Below are positions 57,191-64,000 of a DNA stretch of 64,000 nt, in pieces. The notes beneath the pieces are model-generated. The model was not told where the DNA came from. It did not search any database and worked only from the letters and a program-made list of their open reading frames with translations. Numbering within the stretch: the stretch's first letter is position 1; each line of letters begins with the position of its first letter. Origin of the DNA: Archangium sp. (GTDB lineage Bacteria; Myxococcota; Myxococcia; Myxococcales; Myxococcaceae); assembly GCA_031367385.1 (NCBI GenBank), contig JANLPS010000019.1, positions 1 to 64,000 of the forward strand, read 5' to 3'. A program made the translations under genes and the position numbers.

Positions 57191-57814
57191 ATGCAACGCC
57201 GCAAGATGGGCAATGAGGAAGGGTGGCTGCTCAGCTACGCCGACCTGATCACCAACTTGCTCTTGTTCTTCGTCGTGCTGCTCACCGCCGCGAACTTGAG
57301 CAAGGGGCGCATGCAACAGATTGCCAAGAGCATCTCGGGGCAAGAGAGCCCGCAGAGCCTCGAGTCGATGCGCAAAGAAATCGACGCGCAGATTCAAAAG
57401 CAGAAGCTGCAGGAGCTCGTCGCGACCACCGTCTCTGAAGCGGGCCTCGAATTGTCACTCAATTCGGGCCTGGTGTTCGACTCTGGCAAGGCCGCGATTC
57501 GCCCCGAGCTCGAGCAGACCATCAACGCGATGCTCACCACGCTGACCCCCTACTCCTCGAAGTACCAATTCGCGGTCGAGGGCCATACCGACCCGACGCC
57601 AATCAACGGCGGGGCCTTCGCCAGCAACTGGGAGCTCTCGAGCGCACGCGCCATCGTGGTGCGGCAACGGCTCGAAGACGTCGGCATCTCGCGCGGCCGG
57701 GTTCGCGTCGAAGGGTACGCCGATACGAAGCCGTTGCCTGAAGAGCAGCTCAAAGGGTTGACCCCTGAAGAACGCATGGCCCGGCTCCGCCGCGTCGTGG
57801 TGAGGATCTACTGA
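57191..57814 (+). CDS. motB: MotB/PomB-type stator subunit with OmpA-like peptidoglycan-binding domain
   Basis: WLLSYADLITNLLLFFV with the conserved Asp; LVFDSGKA; VEGHTD; NWELSSARA; GYADTKP; RRVV. Confidence 0.92.
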   Translation: MQRRKMGNEEGWLLSYADLITNLLLFFVVLLTAANLSKGRMQQIAKSISGQESPQSLESMRKEIDAQIQKQKLQELVATTVSEAGLELSLNSGLVFDSGKAAIRPELEQTINAMLTTLTPYSSKYQFAVEGHTDPTPINGGAFASNWELSSARAIVVRQRLEDVGISRGRVRVEGYADTKPLPEEQLKGLTPEERMARLRRVVVRIY

Positions 57815-59646
57815 TGCGTCTGTTTCTGATCAGCACCCTGGTGTCTCTCACCGCGCTCGCGCAGACCGCGACGCAGCCCGCGCCGATACCGGGCAAGCAC
57901 ATCCCCGCTCCGGTGTTGATGGAGCTGCGGGCACTCGAGAATCAATTCGACCTCTCGCTTGGCCGCGACTGCGCGCCTGAGAAGTGCATCTCGAAGGGGT
58001 GCGTGTATCAAGACCACGCGGTCGTCGACATGCCGCGCAACGCATCGCTGCCAGGCCTGGGTCAAACCGAAGGCCCGGGCAGCGTGCCGATTCAGGAGTA
58101 CCTGACCGTCGCGCACTGTGACTTCGCGCACGAGAAGTCGGTGTCGCCGCGTGATGTGGCCGCGTTGGTGAAGCGCCTCGAGCAGCGCCTGGCCAAGGGC
58201 TGGCTGCAGGTCACCGTGGGTCACCAGATTCTCGAGCCGATCTCCGAGAGCCTGCGTGACTCGCCGCCTCCGCCGCCGGTCGTCGAGCCGGTGAAGCCGA
58301 AAGAGCCCGTGGCCGCACCACCGCCTCCCCCAAAGTGGGACGCCGAGGTCGCGCTGCGAGAGCTGTGGGTGGCCCTGTTGCCCCACTTCTCGTGGATGGC
58401 GGCGATCGGGTTGCTCACCGCGGCGACGTTGATGATCATCTGGGCCCTGCGGCGGCTGGGCAGCCAGACCCTCGAAGAGAAGGCGATGCTCGCGCAGCTC
58501 AACGCGGGCACCTTGACGGGTGCTCCGGCGGCTGAAGACCCGGCCGAGAAGAAAGAAGAAGAGGCGAAGACCGATGGTCTCTCGCTCGAAGATCAAGCCA
58601 ATGCGGCCTTCGTGGCCGAGCAACATACCCAGTGGGGTTCACGCTTCGACAAGGCCGATCTCGCCAAAGACGACAGCGTGGTGGTCGAGCTGTTGCGCGA
58701 GTGGCTCAGGGCCGGCGAGTTTCCCCTGCTGGCGAAGGCGATCTTCACCTTTGGCGATCGCCTCTCGGTCGCCTTCCCCTCCGACGGGGAGTACGCGGTG
58801 CGCAAGGTCGAGTTCGCCGAATATCTGCGCTCACTCGACCGCACGATGCTGCCTTCAGACTCAGCCTTTTATCGGCAGCTGAGCCAACACGCGATCGCGG
58901 CCTCGCTGAACGCCCAATCTGACGCAGGCATTTATCTCAGCCTTCGAGAAGAGTTCGGCAGCGCGGGCATCGCGAGCTTGATCGAGCGGCTGCCCGAGCG
59001 TCACGGTGCGCTGCTCTTCGGCCTGGTGCCCTCTGACGTGCAAGACGAGGTCGCCCGAGCGCTGCCCGCCGACGTGCGGCTCGAGACGGCCCGTCAGCTG
59101 TTGCTCACCAACCGCATCTCTCGAGAAGAGCGCGGTCACTTGTTCGAGGCCATCGACGCGGCGCGGGCTGGGCTGGCGCTGCCGCTGACTCCGCCGGCGA
59201 GTGACAACGACGTCATCGACCGTGGCCGCGAGTTCGACGCCGCCGGCGCGCTGTCGATGCTGCTGCCTTTCATCGACGCAAAAGACCGCCGGTCGCTCTT
59301 TCTCACCGCGTACCAGCGCTCGAACGGCGCGTTGCCGCACTGGTACGAGAGCATTCTGTACCCCGACATGCTGCTCAAGGTGCCCAGCGAACTGCAGGCC
59401 GACATGCTCCTCGAGGTCGACGTCAAAGGCCTGGCGGGCTGGTCATCGTTGCAGTCGCCGGCCTGGCAAGAGCACTTCTTGGCGGCCTTAAGCCCGTCAT
59501 TGCAGAACGCGCTGCGGGCCAGCATGGCGTTTCGCTCGCGGGCCGATCAGCTCAACGCCGCCCGAAAAGGCCAAGCCGAGTTGGTCGCCTCGGTGAAGAA
59601 GCTCGTCACGCAAGGCAAGGTCACCTTCTCTGAGATCGTGGCCTGA
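57814..59646 (+). CDS. Membrane-anchored FliG-like protein: signal peptide, FliF-RBM3-like periplasmic domain, TM helix, FliG_M-like and FliG_C-like domains
   Basis: C-terminus LLEVD…EHFLAALS…LR…Q.ELV..VKKL…GKV aligns by eye with FliG_C; IASLIERLPERHGALL…LPADVRLE resembles FliG_M; TGATG overlap with motB. Confidence 0.72.
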   Translation: MRLFLISTLVSLTALAQTATQPAPIPGKHIPAPVLMELRALENQFDLSLGRDCAPEKCISKGCVYQDHAVVDMPRNASLPGLGQTEGPGSVPIQEYLTVAHCDFAHEKSVSPRDVAALVKRLEQRLAKGWLQVTVGHQILEPISESLRDSPPPPPVVEPVKPKEPVAAPPPPPKWDAEVALRELWVALLPHFSWMAAIGLLTAATLMIIWALRRLGSQTLEEKAMLAQLNAGTLTGAPAAEDPAEKKEEEAKTDGLSLEDQANAAFVAEQHTQWGSRFDKADLAKDDSVVVELLREWLRAGEFPLLAKAIFTFGDRLSVAFPSDGEYAVRKVEFAEYLRSLDRTMLPSDSAFYRQLSQHAIAASLNAQSDAGIYLSLREEFGSAGIASLIERLPERHGALLFGLVPSDVQDEVARALPADVRLETARQLLLTNRISREERGHLFEAIDAARAGLALPLTPPASDNDVIDRGREFDAAGALSMLLPFIDAKDRRSLFLTAYQRSNGALPHWYESILYPDMLLKVPSELQADMLLEVDVKGLAGWSSLQSPAWQEHFLAALSPSLQNALRASMAFRSRADQLNAARKGQAELVASVKKLVTQGKVTFSEIVA

Positions 59647-59693
59647 ACGTGGTTCGACGGGCTCACCGTGAGAGTCACGGGCACAGGCGCACC

Positions 59694-61700
59694 ATGAGAG
59701 TTGCGGTTCTCGCGCTGCTCTTCGCGGCTTGCGAAAAAGTGCCCATCGTCGACATCGGAGCGACCTTTTCACTCTCCGATGCGACCTGGTTTCAAGACGA
59801 AGAGACCCTGTTCATTTTCTACCGGGTCGAAGCCCTGCAGGGCCTGGGGCCGAAGAGCCAGATCGAGGTCACCTACCGCACCGACGACCTCGAGCAGCCG
59901 TGGGCGAACATCGCTGATCTGCCCGCGGTGCATACCCACCTGCCGGTGAGCTGTGGTCAGTACATGCTGTGTGGCAGCACCAGCCTTCACGTCAAGACCG
60001 TGCCACGCGATGTCGGCATTCGGCTGCGCTACCACCATGACGGCTCACTCGCGGCCGAGTCGACCGTGACCTTCAACGTCGTGGGCTCAGGCCCAGCGCA
60101 CCTGAGCCGGAGCCTGCTGATCTACGGCGTGTTCGATGCCACCAACACCCACGTGCAGTGGCGCGCGCGACACCAATTTCCGACCTTGCGAAATCAGCAG
60201 GTTCAAGACCTGGGGCTGCGACGATTTTTTCGCGTCGAGACCCCGAGCGTGGGTGACCTGCAGGGCCAAATCGACGGCAACCCGTACGCCTACGCCTTCG
60301 CGCGCAGGTGCCCCGACCACTTCATACCTCTGGGTTGGGCCGTGGCCGCCACCACGACCCGCGCCATCTTCGCGGCCGAGAGCGTGCCGGTCACCGCCTT
60401 CGACGCGCCAGTCATCTGCGGTGAATCGACAGTGACCGACGCCAAGGGCACCTTCAGCGCCGCGGCCCTCGCGCAGAAGAACCCTCAGACCCGGGCCGCG
60501 TTTCCCTCGCTGCGCAGCCCGATCACCGAGAACACCCCGATTGGTTTTTCAATCGAGCCTTGCGAGCGCACCATCGACGCGGCTGAGCTGGCGATGCAGA
60601 AGCAGCGGCTGCAGTTGGTTGGGGCTCCAATCATCTGCAACGACCACTGGCAAGACCCGGCCTTCGTTGACCGCGTGGTATCGACCCTTCGCACCGCCAT
60701 CGACGGCGTGCGCACCGGCGGCAAAGACATGGTGCTCTCACTGGCCGTTCATCACGACGACACCACCGGCCAGTTTCAAGCCACGGTCGAAAAGGCCCTC
60801 GCGCAGATCTTGCCGTTCGAGCGCGAGAAGAGCTCCCCCCGCCTCAGCGGGGCGTTCGTCTTCGACACCGTCGCGCACCTGGTGTCTGACAAGGCGGTCG
60901 CGCGCTTGGCGCTCTGGTGCCCGTCGAACATCGCGGCGGTCGACCTCGATACCGTGAGCAACGCGTCGCTGCGCTCCTGCCCGGTGTTGCCCGACATCCC
61001 TGATCTCATTCTCGGGCCGATCAAGCTGAGCAGCTTGCCAATCTTGCCGACCCGCGCCCAGTTCGACACCTTCATCGCGAAGTACTCGGCCCAGCTGACC
61101 GGCAGCGTCACCCAGATTCACTACCTCGCCCCAGAGCGCACGCCGACGTCGGCCAACATCCCCATCGGTGACTTCGGCGTGGTGACCTTCTTCAACAATG
61201 AGTCGTTCGCCGCCGCGGCGACCGATGCCTTCTCGTTCTGCACCACTGAAGATTCACGCGTCAGCTTCATCGCGGTGCGGGTCGCCGATTTTCCCAACAA
61301 CCCGTTTCCCCTCTCGACGTTGCCCGACTTTCACTCGCAGATGCCGCGCGACACCTACCAACTGGGCATCGGGTGGGACTTTCCGTTTCTGTTGCGGCTC
61401 GAGTACCAGGTGGTGCTGGCCGGGGCGGCGTCGGCCTTTTCGGTCTCGGTGCCTTTCGGCATCGGCGCGCCCAGCAAGGGGTACTACGGCGCCCAGCTGT
61501 GGGAAACCGGCGAGATACCGCTGACCGACGCCCTCACCCAGTGCACGCGCTTCTGTGACCTGCCGACCTTCGATTCTGCCGGCGTCTACAACGTGAGCTC
61601 GCACTTCCGCTCCACCTACGGGCATCAGTGCTACCGCCCGGCGTACCCAGTGTTCGACGCGGCCCACATTGGCGAGGGGGGGTTCCCGCTTGATCCTTAG
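59694..61700 (+). CDS. Large Cys-containing lipoprotein; operon gene 9
   Basis: MRVAVLALLFAAC lipobox; 668 aa; many Cys; no recognised domain. Confidence 0.8.
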   Translation: MRVAVLALLFAACEKVPIVDIGATFSLSDATWFQDEETLFIFYRVEALQGLGPKSQIEVTYRTDDLEQPWANIADLPAVHTHLPVSCGQYMLCGSTSLHVKTVPRDVGIRLRYHHDGSLAAESTVTFNVVGSGPAHLSRSLLIYGVFDATNTHVQWRARHQFPTLRNQQVQDLGLRRFFRVETPSVGDLQGQIDGNPYAYAFARRCPDHFIPLGWAVAATTTRAIFAAESVPVTAFDAPVICGESTVTDAKGTFSAAALAQKNPQTRAAFPSLRSPITENTPIGFSIEPCERTIDAAELAMQKQRLQLVGAPIICNDHWQDPAFVDRVVSTLRTAIDGVRTGGKDMVLSLAVHHDDTTGQFQATVEKALAQILPFEREKSSPRLSGAFVFDTVAHLVSDKAVARLALWCPSNIAAVDLDTVSNASLRSCPVLPDIPDLILGPIKLSSLPILPTRAQFDTFIAKYSAQLTGSVTQIHYLAPERTPTSANIPIGDFGVVTFFNNESFAAAATDAFSFCTTEDSRVSFIAVRVADFPNNPFPLSTLPDFHSQMPRDTYQLGIGWDFPFLLRLEYQVVLAGAASAFSVSVPFGIGAPSKGYYGAQLWETGEIPLTDALTQCTRFCDLPTFDSAGVYNVSSHFRSTYGHQCYRPAYPVFDAAHIGEGGFPLDP

Positions 61701-62457
61701 CGTCCTCCTGATGGTGGCGTTGTCGGTCGACCCCCCGCCTCCTCCAGACGACACCTCGCTGACTTCGCAACGCACCGCCTTCGACGCGTTGACCGAGCGC
61801 GCCCTGGGCACCGCTTCACGCGCCGTGCGCTTCGACTGGAGACGCACCACCGTCGGCTTCGGCGTTTCTTCGAGCATCGTGCTCGACCTCAACAATTTCT
61901 CGAGCGGCCGCGTCGGAGGCTTCGCGCGAATACCGGCCGGGAGCTTTTTGATCGAGCTCGCCATCACCCGGGTCATCAGCTGGGGCAGCGCCAGCTCGTA
62001 CCAGCTCTCATTGACCCCCTACCGGCAGTACGGCCGACCGAGCCGGGTGGAGCTCGACCTCAACGTCAGCTACCCGCTCTTCGAGGGCGTCGCGACGGCG
62101 AAGCTGGGCTTCATCCCCGCGGCGCAGTTCGTGTTTTCAATCACCGCGGGCCTTCGGTACCTCTACTACCCAGGCTCGCTCTCGAAGATGACGGCGCCCC
62201 AAGTCGCTGGTGCGCTCTTCGCCCCGAACCTGGGAGAAACCGAGGTCGCCAACATGGAGCCCCAGCTCTTGCCGAGCATGCAGATCGATCGCGGCCGGTA
62301 CCAAGTGATGGCTGGGTTCTCGCTCGACGTGTTCTTTCAGCCGGGTCTGTTCGTGACCCCCCGGGTGCTGCTGGGCATACCCGTCACCACGCTTGGCAAC
62401 GGGCAGGGCGTTGGCCTGTGGTGGGAGCTCAGCCTGCTGGCCGGGTGGCAGTTGTGA
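61690..62457 (+). CDS. Predicted outer-membrane beta-barrel protein; operon gene 10
   Basis: Hydrophobic signal; alternating amphipathic strands; C-terminal strand WWELSLLAGWQL; TTG start overlaps the previous gene. Confidence 0.7.
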   Translation: MILSVLLMVALSVDPPPPPDDTSLTSQRTAFDALTERALGTASRAVRFDWRRTTVGFGVSSSIVLDLNNFSSGRVGGFARIPAGSFLIELAITRVISWGSASSYQLSLTPYRQYGRPSRVELDLNVSYPLFEGVATAKLGFIPAAQFVFSITAGLRYLYYPGSLSKMTAPQVAGALFAPNLGETEVANMEPQLLPSMQIDRGRYQVMAGFSLDVFFQPGLFVTPRVLLGIPVTTLGNGQGVGLWWELSLLAGWQL

Positions 62458-64000
62458 CCGGAGCGCTGGGGCTCGCGGTGATGCTCTGCGCGCTGACGGT
62501 CTCGGCGCAATCGACCGACTTGCAGCCCACCGTTTTTTACAATGCGCGCATGGCACTGCGTGAAGGCGAGCCCGCGGAGTCGCTCAAGTTGTGGCTCTTG
62601 CGAAACAGCATCGTCGACCAGGGCATCGCGCCCAGCAATGACACCGATTTTCACTCGGTGCTGTGGGTCGCGCTCGGAGACCTGGGGCTGTGCCAAGACG
62701 GCATCGCCAAAGACGAGCACGGCGGCGCGGGGCTCTGGCCGCTCGCGATGCACAACTGGGTGCTGACCTCGGTGGCAAAGGGCGGGCCCGTCGACAACCC
62801 GTCACCCTTCGATGCGTTCGAAGCCGGGCTGCAGCAGCGCTTCATCTCGCTGCATGACGTGCTCTCGAGCGAAGAGCTGCGTTCGGCGAGCTTCTTTCGA
62901 ACCAACTGCTGGGCGCCGCAGGTGGTGATGCTCGATCAGGGCCAGCCCGTCGTCACTGAGCTGACTGATCGCCTCGTCTCGGGCCCCTTCTTGAAGTCAC
63001 TGCTCGAGCGCGCGCTGCGAACGATGTCGAAGACCAAGGTGCAGAATCGGGCGATTCTCGAAGCACGGTTGTTCGATCTCGACCTGGCGATGGCGGCGCT
63101 GCTCGAGCGGCAAGCCGCACAGCTTGCCCAGCAGCGAGCCCAAGATGCCCGCGGCGCCGGGGCCTCGGAGCGAGCGGTCAAAGACCTCGAGACCCGAACC
63201 AGGCGATGGTCGGTCACCACCAAGCAGGCCGAGTTTCTTCGTCGAGCGCTGACCTGGCCGGTGCGCGATTGGCTGGTGCTAAGCCAACCCCGGCGACTCT
63301 CGTTGTTCGCGCAGGCACGGGCGGTCTCGAATGACGAGCACCCCGGTGACCCGCAGCCCTTCGAGGCGTTGCTGTTGGGCCTCATCGACGAGCTGATCGA
63401 GCGAAAAGCCGGCGCTGAGCTCGAGCTGTGGCTTGGGTGGCTCGACGCCAGCAAGGTCACCTCGCGACGCCAAGCGCTGATCACCGGAGAGCGCGGCAAA
63501 CGAATTCTCGAGCTCGACGCCGAGTCTGGCTTTCGCGAGCGCTCGGTGATTGCGCTGCACCGCGGGCTGGCGTTTCTCGAAGCGGGCGACATGCGTGAAG
63601 CGTTGATTTCGTTCGCCTTTGCGATGGCCCACGCCGAGAGCTCGCGCGAGCCCACCGTCACCATGTCGCTGGCACGTCGCTGGGTCTCGTACGTACTGGC
63701 GCGCTACGAGGCGACCGACGAGGTCATCGCCACGCTGAAGGCCTTGGTACCCTCGCAAGAGTACAACTCGGTCGTCGAAGACTTGATCTGGCGCGCGGCG
63801 CTCAACGCCGATTTGCCATCGTTCAATCGATTGATGGCGACGACCCGGCGTGGAGGCTCGTTCGATGCGCGGGCCATTCGCCTCAGGCTCCTCGCGCAAG
63901 GCAACGCCGGAGCGTTGGCCACCCAGCTTCGAGACGCGGTGAAAGAAGAACCGTTCTTCACCGTTCGCTTCGTTCGGCAGGTCATCGAAAAGCTCGAGGC
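62454..64000 (+). CDS. Large secreted, mainly helical protein truncated by the window edge; operon gene 11 (absent from the ORF track)
   Basis: GTGA overlap; reads MTGALGLAVMLCALTVSAQSTDLQPTVFYNARMALREG…LWLLRN…GLCQDG…GLWPLAMHNW; frame appears open to the end. Confidence 0.8.
   Translation, partial: MTGALGLAVMLCALTVSAQSTDLQPTVFYNARMALREGEPAESLKLWLLRNSIVDQGIAPSNDTDFHSVLWVALGDLGLCQDGIAKDEHGGAGLWPLAMHNWVLTSVAKGGPVDNPSPFDAFEAGLQQRFISLHDVLSSEELRSASFFRTNCWAPQVVMLDQGQPVVTELTDRLVSGPFLKSLLERALRTMSKTKVQNRAILEARLFDLDLAMAALLERQAAQLAQQRAQDARGAGASERAVKDLETRTRRWSVTTKQAEFLRRALTWPVRDWLVLSQPRRLSLFAQARAVSNDEHPGDPQPFEALLLGLIDELIERKAGAELELWLGWLDASKVTSRRQALITGERGKRILELDAESGFRERSVIALHRGLAFLEAGDMREALISFAFAMAHAESSREPTVTMSLARRWVSYVLARYEATDEVIATLKALVPSQEYNSVVEDLIWRAALNADLPSFNRLMATTRRGGSFDARAIRLRLLAQGNAGALATQLRDAVKEEPFFTVRFVRQVIEKLE

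Noticed and set aside
56477..57814. Zorya anti-phage system (ZorA/ZorB)
   Set aside because: The MotA-like protein is only 236 aa with no long ZorA tail, and no ZorC/D/E helicase or nuclease genes are adjacent.
56477..57814. ExbBD/TolQR or AglRQS gliding motor
   Set aside because: The B subunit has MotB-type W..SYAD and OmpA-like motifs rather than the ExbD/TolR N..P..D motif, and no TonB/TolA-like gene is evident.
52331..64000. Ordinary flagellar gene cluster
   Set aside because: No recognisable flg, flh, fliM/N, fliP/Q/R or flagellin genes; the FliG-like domain is fused to a signal peptide and TM helix. Genes beyond the window edge cannot be excluded.

Overview
GC-rich bacterial DNA with Myxococcota hallmarks: DAG/DGG-linker lipoproteins, Hanks-type Ser/Thr kinases, a Myxococcales-type ECF sigma factor and an ftp-like type III PKS cluster. 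I call about 52 CDSs and recognised no rRNA, tRNA, CRISPR array, transposase or integrase. Core genes are rlmM-like, ppa, kdsB, bioB/bioF behind a perfect BirA operator, and an isolated atpG. The accessory content includes a type III PKS/ICMT/ACP/FAAL/flavoprotein cluster, a twice-repeated divergent kinase/secreted-protein module, and a signal-peptide Rhs protein with a papain-fold toxin tip, no adjacent immunity gene and flanking direct repeats. There is also a ZAS-kinase-STAND-TPR protein beside a sigma factor, REP-like repeats, and G/C-skew flips centred on intergenic palindromes. The most striking feature is a tightly coupled operon of at least 11 genes from about 52331 to beyond 64000. 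It encodes a flagellar-type MotA/MotB stator directly followed by one protein joining a signal peptide, a FliF-like ring domain, a TM helix and FliG middle/C-terminal domains. Only lipoproteins and predicted outer-membrane proteins surround them, with no flagellar genes, so this is a candidate flagellum-independent rotary motor. All family assignments come from motif recognition by eye; no searches were run.
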